From contig CAVTWJ010000021.1 of assembly GCA_963738405.1 (NCBI GenBank), forward strand, positions 1-64,000: a stretch of DNA of 64,000 nt, given 5' to 3'. Positions 38,340-48,814 of the stretch are shown here, piece after piece. Position numbers and translations under genes: made by a program. This DNA is from a candidate division FCPU426 bacterium (lineage in GTDB: Bacteria > Oederibacteriota > Muellerivitia > Muellerivitales > Muellerivitaceae). How positions within the stretch are numbered: position 1 is the first letter of the stretch; each line of letters begins with the position of its first letter. A model generated the notes under the pieces. It had not been told where the DNA came from. It saw nothing but the letters and a program-made list of their open reading frames with translations, and ran no database searches.

Positions 38340-38486
38340 GTCATTGCGAGGAAATAGCCGCCGAATAGGCGGCAGTTTATGACGTGGCAATCTCAGTTTA
38401 AATATGCCTTAAATGACTAACGCGAACGGCAAACTGGGATCGCCACGCCGCTAACCGCCCCCATTGGGGCAGCTCCTCGCGATGAC
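38340..38486. repeat. REP/RPE-like palindromic element
   Basis: GTCATTGCGAGGA..CGTGGCAATCTC ... GGGATCGCCACG..TCCTCGCGATGAC. Confidence 0.75.
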
Positions 38487-38612
38487 AGCATGAACCGAAG
38501 AAATAATACTCAAACTAATACACTACCCAATCGGTAGATGAAAATCTTCAAACCATTGATTAAACTACACGAGCGTTTTTCAACTAAGACCTATTTCCCT
38601 TGAGGAGGCATC

Positions 38613-39548
38613 ATGTCCACACAACGTCCAAAAATAACGGTGGTAGGCGCGGGTAACGTCGGGGCTTCCTGCGCGGCCTGGATGGCCGAGAGGGACCTGG
38701 GCGACATCGTGCTGTTGGATATCCCCGCCGCCAAGGATATGCCCAAGGGAAAGGCCCTGGACCTCTTACAAGTGGGCCCTATCTCGGGATACAACTCAAG
38801 ACTCAAGGGCACCACGGACTACGCCGACACCGCCGATTCGGATGTCTGCGTCATCACCGCGGGCGTGCCCCGCAAGCCCGGCATGAGCCGGGAAGACCTG
38901 GTGGCGGTCAACCAGGGCATCGTGACGGCCGTGACGAAGGAATTGGTTTCCAAATCCCCCAACGCCATTTTGATCGTTGTCACCAACCCGCTCGATACCA
39001 TGTGCTACGTGGCCTACAAGGCTTCGGGATTTCCCAAGCACCGGGTCATCGGCCAGGCGGGGGTACTGGACGGGGCCCGCATGCGGACCTTTTTGGCCGA
39101 AGCGGCCCAGGTCGCGGTTGAGAACGTCACCGCCGGGGTCATCGGCGGCCATGGAGACGAGATGGTGCCGCTGGTTCGCTATTCCACCATCGCGGGAGTG
39201 CCTATTTCCAACATTCTCAAGAAAGAACAAATTGAAGCGATTGTGGAACGCACCCGCAAGGGCGGGGGCGAGTTGGTGGGGCTGTTGGGCGTTTCAGCCT
39301 GGTATGCGCCCGGCGCTGCGGCCGGCTCCATGGTCGAGGCCATTTTGAAAGACAAGAAATTGGTGGTTCCCTGTTCCGTTTATTTGGAAGGCGAATACGG
39401 TCTGAAAGACATGTACTTCGGCGTTTACAGCAAGCTCGGACGCAAGGGGTTGGAACAGGTGCTCGAAGTTCCCTTGAACGACGAGGAAAAAGCCATGGTG
39501 GCGAAATCCGCTTCCCTCATTCAGGACACCATGAAGGCGCTTAAATAA
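38613..39548 (+). CDS. mdh: Malate dehydrogenase (LDH-like)
   Basis: [37 protein letters not shown]. Confidence 0.95.
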   Translation: MSTQRPKITVVGAGNVGASCAAWMAERDLGDIVLLDIPAAKDMPKGKALDLLQVGPISGYNSRLKGTTDYADTADSDVCVITAGVPRKPGMSREDLVAVNQGIVTAVTKELVSKSPNAILIVVTNPLDTMCYVAYKASGFPKHRVIGQAGVLDGARMRTFLAEAAQVAVENVTAGVIGGHGDEMVPLVRYSTIAGVPISNILKKEQIEAIVERTRKGGGELVGLLGVSAWYAPGAAAGSMVEAILKDKKLVVPCSVYLEGEYGLKDMYFGVYSKLGRKGLEQVLEVPLNDEEKAMVAKSASLIQDTMKALK

Positions 39549-39556
39549 AAAACAGA

Positions 39557-40894
39557 ATGAATCTTCCTTTGAACCCCAGGAAACGAACTTGGTTCTTCCT
39601 GGGGTTCCTGTTTTTCTTCTTCATCCTTCGTTTCTTTTTCGGCCTCTACTGCCCCCCCGTTACTGACGCCGGGGATTACGTGCAGACCTACGTTATCGGG
39701 CTCAAAAGCTACACCACCCACACTTGGCCCTATTTCGGCCCCGACGTTCAACAGCCCGAAACCCACTTTAAGACCCAAATGCCCGGTGCTTTGGAAGGGC
39801 TTCTGATATCCCTTTCCTTTTGGCTTTGGCCATCGGCTGAATCCCCTACCTTGTTTCTAAATCTTCTTTCTTTTCTAGCCCTCACCCTTTGGGGTTGGTA
39901 TTGCGCCAAGCGTCTGCCGGGCTTTCCACCCCTTTTTATCTTGGCCTGGCTCTATATCGCCCCCTGGACTACCCACTATTCCGCCACCGTTATCAACCCT
40001 TCCTACGCTTTCCTGGGAAGCGCCTTGTTCTTCTTGGGCTTTTGCGAAACCCTGCCTGGGTTTTCACTGGGAGTAATAAAACCCCACTGGGCCAACCTAG
40101 CCATGGGTTTCGGCATCGCCTGGGCCATGCAGCTTCATATGTCTTATCTGGCTTTTTTCCCCTTCTTTTTGCTTTCTCTCTATTTCCAGTTTCAGCGGAA
40201 AAAGTTGGTACAGGCAGTGGGTTACTCGTTTCTCGGAGCCCTTCCCCTTTTAGCCCTGATCCTCCCGACCTATTGGCAGTACGGCTTTAACGCTGGGAAG
40301 GACGTTAATGGTTTTGTCACCGGTTTGAACTGGAATAACGTCAAGGATGTCCTGGGTACTCTGGCCCGGTATTGTTCCATCGCCAGTTTCGAGATGCCCC
40401 GCTTCATCGGAGACCACACCCATGAAAGGGAGATGTATCTATGGACTTCGCCCTGGCTCTTGGTGCCCGGCACCTTTCTTTGGATGTCGGGTTACCTCCA
40501 GCCCCTGGTCATGACCGGCTTCGCATGGGTCAAGAACCATCCCCGAATCGATTGGCCCTGGGTGAAGGGGTTGGGGATCGGGACCTTTCTTTTGGTTTAC
40601 GGCCTCTTTCTTTTCTCACCCGACATGACCGCCTCATTTCGTTTGGTTCTTCTATTCCCCATCTTGTTTCTCTATAGCTTCTATTGCTTCGACGCCTTAA
40701 TGGCAAACCGTTGGTGGAAATGGATTGGAATCGCCTTTATTGTTTTTGGAGTCTTTTTCCAGACCTGCTACGCCCTCAAGTGTATGGGCGGAGACACCTC
40801 CATTTACTCTCAATACCGGGACCGAATGACCCAAGCCCTGCGGCAAAATGACTACCGCATTTTTTCGGAAAGGCGAACCGGAAGCCTTTATTAA
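39557..40894 (+). CDS. Polytopic membrane protein, possible GT-C-fold glycosyltransferase
   Basis: About 10 TM helices; acidic loop after TM1 (DAGDY...GP). Confidence 0.5.
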   Translation: MNLPLNPRKRTWFFLGFLFFFFILRFFFGLYCPPVTDAGDYVQTYVIGLKSYTTHTWPYFGPDVQQPETHFKTQMPGALEGLLISLSFWLWPSAESPTLFLNLLSFLALTLWGWYCAKRLPGFPPLFILAWLYIAPWTTHYSATVINPSYAFLGSALFFLGFCETLPGFSLGVIKPHWANLAMGFGIAWAMQLHMSYLAFFPFFLLSLYFQFQRKKLVQAVGYSFLGALPLLALILPTYWQYGFNAGKDVNGFVTGLNWNNVKDVLGTLARYCSIASFEMPRFIGDHTHEREMYLWTSPWLLVPGTFLWMSGYLQPLVMTGFAWVKNHPRIDWPWVKGLGIGTFLLVYGLFLFSPDMTASFRLVLLFPILFLYSFYCFDALMANRWWKWIGIAFIVFGVFFQTCYALKCMGGDTSIYSQYRDRMTQALRQNDYRIFSERRTGSLY

Positions 40895-41034
40895 TTTCCA
40901 AACATCAACCTAACACCCCGTGAAACCCGCGGTTCTTCCTTTTCCCAAGCCCTCCCTTTCCACCCCCAGTTAACCCACTCACGACCCTTGTCATATACAA
41001 TGAATCCGCCGGTTTAAAAAACGGGGAGGCTGAT

Positions 41035-41466
41035 ATGCCACAAATCAATTTTTGGGCGGTGCTGGTTTCGGCGGTTGTCTATTTCGTGATCGGGTGGGTT
41101 TGGCACTCGCCCCTGATGTTTGGTAAGGTCTGGGAAAAGTGGTTGGGCTTCGACAAGTTGAGCAAGAAAGAAAAAAAAGCCATGATGAAGAAGATGGGCC
41201 CGGTGATGGGCGTGGCCTTTCTGACCACTTTACTGGCCGCCTACTGCCTGGCCTATACGGTGATGTCGGGCATGAGTTTTTACCACGTCGCCGGTGTGTC
41301 GGCGGGACTGCAGGCCGGTTTTTGGACCTGGCTTGGATTTATTGTGACCACCCAGTTGAACGGCGTTCTTTGGGAAAAAAAGCCCTTCAAGATTTACCTC
41401 ATCAATATCAGCTACTACCTGGTTTCATTTTTGGTGATGGGTTCGATCCTGGCGGTTTGGCAGTAA
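41035..41466 (+). CDS. DUF1761-family membrane protein
   Basis: INFWAVLVSA..G.VW.SP.MFG..W; GF..WLGF..IN..Y. Confidence 0.88.
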   Translation: MPQINFWAVLVSAVVYFVIGWVWHSPLMFGKVWEKWLGFDKLSKKEKKAMMKKMGPVMGVAFLTTLLAAYCLAYTVMSGMSFYHVAGVSAGLQAGFWTWLGFIVTTQLNGVLWEKKPFKIYLINISYYLVSFLVMGSILAVWQ

Positions 41467-41488
41467 AAGGCGGCTGACCGCCGGGGGG

Positions 41489-41932
41489 TCAATGGTTTTT
41501 CTTGGCCAGGGCGATGAGATATTTCTCGATCTTGTGAAGATCTTCCTGATTGATGGCAATCGTCTGCACCCCCGCGCGGTGGATGGTGCGGCCCATTTCG
41601 ATAAAGGATTCGGAACGGACGATCTTCGCCAGAAACTTGAGGACCGATTGATAGCGGGGCAGGTGCAAACCGATCTCAACCACCGCCCCGATGGGGAAAT
41701 CTTGTTCCCCCAAAAGCGCCAGCCCTCCCATGGAAATATCCTTGGTAACCGCGTGGTATAGCGAGGACTTGTGGGATAGGGCGGGAAGGTGGTCCACAGT
41801 GGTGGTTTTGTAGTCCACGTGTTCCAAAATGCTTTTGGAATCTTTAGGGTCCACCAATCGGTAATCGACCTTGACCGTCGCCACGATACGCTCATGCTGG
41901 CGTTTCTCGACCCATCCCCTTTTGGTAGGCAT
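41489..41932 (-). CDS. PilZ-domain protein
   Basis: EKRQHER (RxxxR) and DISMGG (D/NxSxxG). Confidence 0.85.
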   Translation of the reverse strand: MPTKRGWVEKRQHERIVATVKVDYRLVDPKDSKSILEHVDYKTTTVDHLPALSHKSSLYHAVTKDISMGGLALLGEQDFPIGAVVEIGLHLPRYQSVLKFLAKIVRSESFIEMGRTIHRAGVQTIAINQEDLHKIEKYLIALAKKNH

Positions 41933-41990
41933 AAGATTCCTTTGTCGGATCTGATTGTCCGGGAATTATAGCCTGACCCGATACCCGAAT

Positions 41991-42989
41991 TTATAGGTTT
42001 ACGATCTCATTTCGGGGATTGCCCTCCTGCCAGCCCAGGATGAGGCAGGAAGCCAAAACCAAAAGGGTTCCCAAGATGAAATGGGGCGTCAGGGGTTCCC
42101 CCAAAAGCCCCCAGCCCAGAAGCGCCGCCAAAATGGGGGTGAGGAGGGATAAGAGGGTGCCCATGGAAAAACTGGTATAGCCGTAGCCCTGGGTAAACAA
42201 AAGCTGGGCCGCCATGGCGCAAAGCCCCATCACTATAAGTATCCCAAGCCCTGGCCCCGCCAAGGATTGAAACCTTCCCAGGGTCTCGAAAGCCCCTCCC
42301 AAAAAGGGAAAACCCAGCAAGCCCAATCCTGCGAAGAAGAACCCGAAGAGGGTAAAACTAAAAAAAACGGTCAAGGCATTGTCGGTTTTCCGGGCCACCT
42401 TGATGGCGGCCACCCCGCCTCCCGCCGCCATGCCGGACAATACCCCGGTCAGGTCCCCCCATTCAAAATGGTCGAAGCTCACCCCCAAAACCAGCCAGAC
42501 CCCGATGCCGGCCAAAAGAAGCGTCAGGGCGAAACCCTTGGGCGGCTGGTGCTTTAAAAACAGCACCCCGAAGACATTGGCCCAAATGGAATAGGTGTAG
42601 TTAAGAAGCGTGCCCTTGGCCGCTGTGGTGAGCTGTAGGGTGATGAAATAAAGAAGGACGGTGAGGCCCCCCAGGATGCCCCGCCATAGAAGGGCCTCCC
42701 GGTTCACCAGTTTGAGTTTCTGGGGCCCGTAAAAATGAAGCAGGGCGATTCCCGCCAAGGCGATGGTGAAGCGGCAGAAGCTGGTTTGCACCGCCCCGAA
42801 GTGGTACTGGTTTCCCCATTTCACCAGGATCGGGAGGAAGCCGAAGAAAACCCCCGAGAGGGTCATCAAGAGGATGCCGTTATGTTTTATTCTTCCCTTG
42901 TGAATTGTTGGTTGAGGTTTTCGGTTCATTCCCATGGGCCGTTCTTGGTGTCTTGGTGGTGAAAATAGATGTGGCCGTTTGAGCCTCAT
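41991..42989 (-). CDS. DMT/EamA-family transporter (start at 42989 or 42935)
   Basis: Ten hydrophobic segments in two EamA repeats. Confidence 0.85.
   Translation of the reverse strand: MRLKRPHLFSPPRHQERPMGMNRKPQPTIHKGRIKHNGILLMTLSGVFFGFLPILVKWGNQYHFGAVQTSFCRFTIALAGIALLHFYGPQKLKLVNREALLWRGILGGLTVLLYFITLQLTTAAKGTLLNYTYSIWANVFGVLFLKHQPPKGFALTLLLAGIGVWLVLGVSFDHFEWGDLTGVLSGMAAGGGVAAIKVARKTDNALTVFFSFTLFGFFFAGLGLLGFPFLGGAFETLGRFQSLAGPGLGILIVMGLCAMAAQLLFTQGYGYTSFSMGTLLSLLTPILAALLGWGLLGEPLTPHFILGTLLVLASCLILGWQEGNPRNEIVNL
42939..42965. repeat. Single arm of a CACCAAG element
   Basis: Reverse complement TTTTCACCACCAAGACACCAAGAACGG. Confidence 0.7.
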
Positions 42990-43615
42990 AGGTGCTTTAA
43001 CACGGGGCGCAGGTCACGGCCCGTTAATTCCCAGTCGCCCTTGCCCTTGAGGAATCGGTCGGGGTTCACCGCGATTTTCTTGCCCGCCACCTTGAAGACC
43101 GCCCTGTCCGACCGGCTGTCCCCTAAGACCGCCGTATGCTTCAAGGAAACCTTGTGGCGTTTGGCGAGGTCTTTCAAGAAGATCGGTTTTTCATGTTCCT
43201 CAAAAATCACCATGCCCCGGCCCGTCACCCTGCCTCCCTTGATTTCAAGGGTCGTCCCCTTAACCTCATCAAACCCAAAGCGGTCTTGAAAATACCGGGC
43301 GGATAATTCATAGCCCAGCGTGGCTAGGGCCACCCCGTGACCTTGTCTCTTGAGGGCCTTCACCGTCTCGCCGATCCCCTTCATCTTGGGGATCTGGGCC
43401 AAGGCCTTATGGATATCGGTCAGTTTCCAGCCCTTCATGCGGCGGGTCACCTTCTTGGCCAGGGTGAGGTGGTCGGTTTTTTCCACCAGCCAGTCTTCTT
43501 CCAGTTTCCGGAAATAATCTTCCGCCCCCATTTTTCTAAAGATGAACCGGGTCGTGGAAACGCCGTAGGTGAGGGTGCCGTCGAGGTCAAAGAGGATTAC
43601 GCGCTTGGGGTTCAA
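42986..43615 (-). CDS. HAD-superfamily phosphatase (SerB/phosphoserine phosphatase-like)
   Basis: FDLDGTL, K motif, GDSRSD. Confidence 0.85.
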   Translation of the reverse strand: MNPKRVILFDLDGTLTYGVSTTRFIFRKMGAEDYFRKLEEDWLVEKTDHLTLAKKVTRRMKGWKLTDIHKALAQIPKMKGIGETVKALKRQGHGVALATLGYELSARYFQDRFGFDEVKGTTLEIKGGRVTGRGMVIFEEHEKPIFLKDLAKRHKVSLKHTAVLGDSRSDRAVFKVAGKKIAVNPDRFLKGKGDWELTGRDLRPVLKHL

Positions 43616-43689
43616 TGAAAAAGGGCCTTTCAGAGGATATGAAGGGCCCTTATTAAACGAAAAATAATGTTTTTTTAAAAGCCTTACGC

Positions 43690-44949
43690 TCACCCCATAT
43701 TGGCGATGACGGCCGTGGCGAATTCGGAGCATTTCACTTCTTTCGCCCCTTCCATCTGCCGAGCGAAATCGTAAGTGACCACCTTTTGACTGATCGTCTT
43801 GTCCAGCGCCTTCACGATCAGGTTCGCCGCTTCCAGCCAGCCCATGTACTCGAACATCATGACGCCGGAAAGAACCACTGAACCCGGGTTTACCTTGTCC
43901 AGATTGGCGTACTTGGGGGCCGTGCCGTGCGTGGCCTCGAATATGGCGTGGCCGGTAACGTAATTGATGTTGCCGCCGGGGGCGATGCCGATGCCGCCCA
44001 CCTGGGCCGCCAGGGCGTCGGATAAATAGTCGCCGTTCAGGTTCAGGGTGGCGATCACGTCGAACTCATCGGGGCGGGTCAAGACCTGCTGGAGGGTGAT
44101 ATCAGCGATGGAGTCCTTGATCACCAGCCCCGCGCCGGGCTTTCCCTCAGGGATCTTGCACCAGGGGCCGCCGTCCAGTTCCACCGCGCCGAACTCGCTC
44201 TTGGCCAGTCCATAACCCCAGTCGCGGAAGGCGCCTTCGGTGTACTTCATGATGTTGCCCTTGTGGACAAAATTCACGCTCTTGCGCTTCAAGCGGATGG
44301 CGTATTGGATGGCCGCCCGAACCAGGCGCTCAGTGCCTTCTTTGGAAACAGGCTTGATGCCAATGCCGGAGGTTTGGGGGAAACGGATTTTTTTGACCCC
44401 CATTTCCTTTTGCAGGAACTCGATCACCTTTTTCGCCTCGGGGGATTCGGCGGGCCACTCGATGCCGGCGTAAATATCCTCGGTGTTCTCGCGGAAGATC
44501 ACCATGTCCACCTTCTCCGGGCGCTTCACAGGCGAGGGAACCCCCTGGTAATAGCGCACCGGCCGGAGACAGACATAGAGATCCAGCTTTTGGCGCAGGG
44601 CCACATTAAGGGAGCTGATGCCGCCCCCCACGGGCGTCGTCAGGGGGCCCTTGATGCCCACCAAGTATTCCTTGAAAGCCTCGATCGTGTCCTCGGGCAA
44701 CCAGTTTTGGAACTTGTCAAAGGCGGTCTGGCCCGCGAAGACCTCGAACCAGGATATTTTTTTCTTGCCCTGGTAGGCCTTGGCCACCGCCGCGTCAAAG
44801 ATGCGTACCGAAGCGCGCCAGATGTCCGGCCCCGTCCCGTCGCCTTCGATAAAAGGAAGCACCGGATTATCCGGCACCTTCAAGACCCCGTTTTGAATGG
44901 AAACTTTTTCGCCCTGCGGTGCTTTGACGTCTTTATAGGAATAAGACAA
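43690..44949 (-). CDS. icd: NADP-dependent isocitrate dehydrogenase
   Basis: [53 protein letters not shown]. Confidence 0.96.
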   Translation of the reverse strand: MSYSYKDVKAPQGEKVSIQNGVLKVPDNPVLPFIEGDGTGPDIWRASVRIFDAAVAKAYQGKKKISWFEVFAGQTAFDKFQNWLPEDTIEAFKEYLVGIKGPLTTPVGGGISSLNVALRQKLDLYVCLRPVRYYQGVPSPVKRPEKVDMVIFRENTEDIYAGIEWPAESPEAKKVIEFLQKEMGVKKIRFPQTSGIGIKPVSKEGTERLVRAAIQYAIRLKRKSVNFVHKGNIMKYTEGAFRDWGYGLAKSEFGAVELDGGPWCKIPEGKPGAGLVIKDSIADITLQQVLTRPDEFDVIATLNLNGDYLSDALAAQVGGIGIAPGGNINYVTGHAIFEATHGTAPKYANLDKVNPGSVVLSGVMMFEYMGWLEAANLIVKALDKTISQKVVTYDFARQMEGAKEVKCSEFATAVIANMG

Positions 44950-45065
44950 GGAAATCCTCCCCTGAAATTAGGTGATGGGTCCGCGATTGGACGCGGAAAA
45001 GAAAATCGTTCGCAGTTTATGCCTTGAAAAAAGGGGCGTCAAGAAAGACGCCATGAGAAAGGTTC

Positions 45066-46364
45066 TCAGGCTTGGGCGTCGGGGAGATGCCGGAAGTCTT
45101 CGGCACGAAGATTATACTTTCGCATCTTGCGCTGAAGGGTCTTGAGGCTCAGGCCCGACAAACAAGCCGCGTCCTGGAGTTTTCCCTTGGTTTTGGCAAG
45201 GGCGTCCACCAGATAGCCCCGCTCGGTGGTGTCCAGAAGCTGATCGAGCTTTTCACCGGAGGGCGAGACGATTCCTACGTCGAGCTTGGCGATTTGAGGG
45301 CCCGTGGCCATCAAACAGGCCCTTTCAATATGAATTTCCAGCTCCCTTAAGTTTCCCGGCCAGGGGTAGGTCATCAATTGGGAAAGGGCCTCCGGGCTCA
45401 GCTTTTCGGCCGGGGAGCCCGTCACCACCCGGAAGGTTTCGATGAAATGCTGGGCCAGAAAAGGAAGGTCCTGGGGGCGCTCCCTGAGGGAAGGCAATCG
45501 CAGGGTGCGGGAAGCGAACCGGTTGAAAAGATCCAGCCGGATGATTTCCTGGTGGACCAGCTGGTCGATATCTTGCCTTGTGGCCGCCACGACCCGTGGT
45601 TCGTTCTTCCCCGCCGTCTTAGCCAAAACGGACGCCAGTTTTTTCTGGCTGGCTTCACCCAGGCCGCAGATCTCATCCAGATAGAGGGTTCCCCCGGCGG
45701 CCTTTTCCCAGGCTCCGCCGGGTCCGAAAAGCCCGGCCGCGCAATCACCCTCCTGATTGTCCACGCAATGGAAGACATGAAAAGGGGCTTCGGCCCGGCG
45801 GGACCTTTGGTGAAGTGCGCGGGCGAATGATTTTTTTCCCGTGCCTTTTTCCCCCTGCAGCAGCACCGGCCAGCCGTCGTCGGCCCAATGGGACATCTGC
45901 TCAAACACCAGCTGGAACCGCTTATCCCGGCTGCTGATGGTTCCGGCGTTTTGGGGAAGGGGCGCGCCCTTGGTTAGCTCCGTGATATCCTTCACCACTT
46001 CCACGACATAATCGACCGATTTGTGGGACGCGTTCCAAAGGGGATAGATGGAAACCTGGAAATCCCGATTGGCCCCCTGTTCCCCCAGGGTGGCGTATCC
46101 TAGGTGGGGTTGTCCGGTCTCGAAAACCATTTTGGCTTTGCAGAAAAAACATTTTTCAGCGAAACCGTAGAAAGCCTGGTGGCAGGGAAGGCCGCGCAAT
46201 TCGTCGAGCTTTTTCCCCAGGTTCTGGCTGGAGGTCTGGTTGACGAAGACCAGTCGGAACTGCCGGTCGATAATTTTCACCGACTGGGGCAATCCGTCCA
46301 AGACTTCCCTGAGAAAGGGAGCCTTGGTATAGAGGGCGGGAGGCCGGTAACGGCGGGGGCTCAA
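45066..46364 (-). CDS. PAS + AAA+ + Fis-HTH regulator (NtrC-like, lacking GAFTGA)
   Basis: PAS domain; GEKGTGK; GTLYLDEI; WPGNLREL; C-terminal HTH. Confidence 0.85.
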   Translation of the reverse strand: MSPRRYRPPALYTKAPFLREVLDGLPQSVKIIDRQFRLVFVNQTSSQNLGKKLDELRGLPCHQAFYGFAEKCFFCKAKMVFETGQPHLGYATLGEQGANRDFQVSIYPLWNASHKSVDYVVEVVKDITELTKGAPLPQNAGTISSRDKRFQLVFEQMSHWADDGWPVLLQGEKGTGKKSFARALHQRSRRAEAPFHVFHCVDNQEGDCAAGLFGPGGAWEKAAGGTLYLDEICGLGEASQKKLASVLAKTAGKNEPRVVAATRQDIDQLVHQEIIRLDLFNRFASRTLRLPSLRERPQDLPFLAQHFIETFRVVTGSPAEKLSPEALSQLMTYPWPGNLRELEIHIERACLMATGPQIAKLDVGIVSPSGEKLDQLLDTTERGYLVDALAKTKGKLQDAACLSGLSLKTLQRKMRKYNLRAEDFRHLPDAQA

Positions 46365-46405
46365 GCCGCGGCCCTATGCGTGGAAATCACGTCGGAAAAA
46401 TTTCC

Positions 46406-47074
46406 TTAGTTTTTGGAGAGGCTAGGGGGAAGGGGCGCGGTTTCTGTTTTCTCAGGGACGCCCGAGGAAATGTAGTGCTTGAACCGCTTCTTCATTTCCA
46501 GCAGATCCTTGCGGATGGCCGAAAGCTTGTCCGCCAATTCCTGCTCCTCGCCGAAAACCTCGATCGCCTTTTCCAGAAGCTTCAGCGACTCCTGCTGAAG
46601 GGAAACTTCTTTTTGAATGAGCGATTGGAAGGATCCCGTTTCCACCTGCTCGGCAAGATGCCCCGTGACGGTCAGGGTCACCGGGATTCCCGTCAAATCG
46701 TAAAGGGTCTTCACGATGGCCTGGTAGTGCTTCTGCGCCGAGGCCAAGAGCTGCCAAAGGGCGCTGACCGAATTCTCGTCATCCTGGCCCACCGTGGCGG
46801 TGGCGGTGGAAAGAACCATCAAACGGCGATAAAAGAGGTCCAAAACCTGGAAGAGGATGGCGGCCTTGCGGAGGGTGATCTTGCTGATGTGGGTCTTGTT
46901 ATTGAGGAGCACCTTCACTTCATTGACCTTCAACTCGCACTGCTCCAGCAATTCCCGGTTGGCGCGGGCGTCCCTGGGGCTGATGCGAAGGGCCCGGCTG
47001 GCTAAGTGCTGAACATTACGGCCTAAAGACTCTACCGTCTCAATAAGCTGAAAAAGCGAAAAATAAAAGTTCAT
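46406..47074 (-). CDS. Hypothetical helical protein, possibly a degenerate ferritin-like fold
   Basis: GGGGAG RBS; KHYQAI..LYDLTGIP and the following helices resemble ferritin-like bundles. Confidence 0.55.
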   Translation of the reverse strand: MNFYFSLFQLIETVESLGRNVQHLASRALRISPRDARANRELLEQCELKVNEVKVLLNNKTHISKITLRKAAILFQVLDLFYRRLMVLSTATATVGQDDENSVSALWQLLASAQKHYQAIVKTLYDLTGIPVTLTVTGHLAEQVETGSFQSLIQKEVSLQQESLKLLEKAIEVFGEEQELADKLSAIRKDLLEMKKRFKHYISSGVPEKTETAPLPPSLSKN

Positions 47075-47411
47075 GATCGGCTCCCCTATTCTTTCGACCT
47101 TACTTGGGTGGGCTTGGAAAGGCTTATTTAGTAGGTCAAAAGATTCTTTAGATGAAGTATAGCGACTGTACCTATAAGGTTACACAAATAATCGTCGGGA
47201 CAATGTAAATTGTTAAAATATAAGGGTAATCGAAGCATTTAAGGTTTAGCGAAAAATAAACAGATTCTCAAAAAAGGTCATAATTGTCTCTTATGTGTCA
47301 AAATTTACACTTAATTAACAAGCTTTATACCCAAGTTGCCTAGCTTCCTTTGGGCTGTTTTAGCGAAACTTTGGACCACCAGTTCAATCCACCATCACGG
47401 AGAGGTGTTGC

Positions 47412-47864
47412 ATGCTCAAAGAAGGCGCCAAGGCCCCTGAATTTTCTTTGGAAACAGACAAGGGAGAAAAGGTTTCGCTGAAGGATTTCAAGGGCAAATC
47501 GGTGGTGCTTTATTTTTACCCTAAGGACATGACGCCCGGCTGTACCCAGGAAGCCTGTGATTTCCGAGACAACTGGGAAAGGGTGAAGAAAAAGGGAGCC
47601 GTGGTTTTAGGCGTCAGCGCGGACCCCGTGAAAAAACACCAGACCTTCAAGGAAAAGTACAAACTCCCTTTCACACTGCTTTCAGATGAGAAAAAGGAAA
47701 TGTTGAAAGAATACGGAGTGTGGAAGAAAAAGAAATTCATGGGCCGGGAATTTATGGGTATCGTGCGTTCCACGTTTCTCATCGGCAAGGACGGCAAGAT
47801 TGAGAAGATCTGGTCCCCTGTCAGCGTGAAGGGCCATGTGGACGAGGTCATAGAAGCCCTATAG
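47412..47864 (+). CDS. bcp: Thioredoxin-dependent peroxiredoxin
   Basis: [21 protein letters not shown]. Confidence 0.95.
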   Translation: MLKEGAKAPEFSLETDKGEKVSLKDFKGKSVVLYFYPKDMTPGCTQEACDFRDNWERVKKKGAVVLGVSADPVKKHQTFKEKYKLPFTLLSDEKKEMLKEYGVWKKKKFMGREFMGIVRSTFLIGKDGKIEKIWSPVSVKGHVDEVIEAL

Positions 47865-48200
47865 GGTTGGCCCTGGGTCGACACGCCTTCTCTCATCCGT
47901 AATGGGAATATAGTCCAGCTTCACGTCTCCTACGATCTGGCATTGGCAGGCCAGCCGCCATGAGGGCCTTGCCTTGATCGTGGCCAGGGTCTGCCTTTCC
48001 CTCTCGGTGGGGGGCGAAAGGTTTTCCATTCCCTCAATCACTTCCGTCAGGCAGGTGGTGCAAACCGCGCGCTCGCACCGGTAACGGATCGGCAGGTCGT
48101 AGCGGAAGGTGGCGTCTACCAGGGTGTCTTCCACGTCCACCTCGCCCGATTCTCCTGTCCTGGGAAAAGTAATCTTGGCTTTTTTAATTTCTTCCGGCAT
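47859..48200 (-). CDS. [2Fe-2S] ferredoxin
   Basis: CERAVCTTC ... RLACQ. Confidence 0.88.
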   Translation of the reverse strand: MPEEIKKAKITFPRTGESGEVDVEDTLVDATFRYDLPIRYRCERAVCTTCLTEVIEGMENLSPPTERERQTLATIKARPSWRLACQCQIVGDVKLDYIPITDERRRVDPGPTL

Positions 48201-48298
48201 GTCTTCCTCTTTAATTTACGCTGACGGACCGTCCAGCCCTCGTTGAAAGCTTATCAAGGCTCGCATAGAATGCGGATAAGTTTTTTCAAGGGGGCGCT

Positions 48299-48814
48299 AT
48301 GGCCTTTCTCCGTTTCCTGCATCTTTTTACCTTTGTCTTCTGGTATGGAACCCTTCTATATTTCACCTTCATCCAAGCCCCGGTCCTCTTCAAGACCCTT
48401 CCCCGGGACCTTTTCGGATTGGTTCAAAGCAAGCTCTTTCCGCCCTTTTACATCATCAGTTACGTCTGCGGCACCTTCCTTATCGTCTCGTACCATTTTC
48501 TCAATCCCCTGAAGCCCAACGACCCGCAGGACTGCGTAAAGATCACAGCCCTCTATCTGATGCTTTTGCTTTCCCTGGCCCAAGGAATGTGGATCGGCCC
48601 CAAGGCCGCCCAGCTTCGCTTAGACCGCATCGCCGCGGAAGAGGCCAAGGACGCGCCGAAAGCCGAGAGTTTGAGCCATGAATTCGGCAAGGCCCACGGG
48701 ATTTCCAGCCTGATCAACCTGCTGGTGATCTTGTCCGGCCTGGTTTATCTCATCTACTTCAATCTCAAGCCCGCCGCTCCCGCACCTTCCCTAATCCAAA
48801 AAATATTTGGATGA
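48299..48814 (+). CDS. DUF4149/TMEM205-family membrane protein
   Basis: APVLF..LPR..FG.VQ..LFP..F...HG.SS..NL. Confidence 0.82.
   Translation: MAFLRFLHLFTFVFWYGTLLYFTFIQAPVLFKTLPRDLFGLVQSKLFPPFYIISYVCGTFLIVSYHFLNPLKPNDPQDCVKITALYLMLLLSLAQGMWIGPKAAQLRLDRIAAEEAKDAPKAESLSHEFGKAHGISSLINLLVILSGLVYLIYFNLKPAAPAPSLIQKIFG

Noticed and set aside
40981..40994. Fourth Crp/Fnr-like box (ACGACCCTTGTCAT) upstream of the DUF1761 gene
   Set aside because: The left half-site is broken and there is no -10 hexamer at the 22-nt spacing
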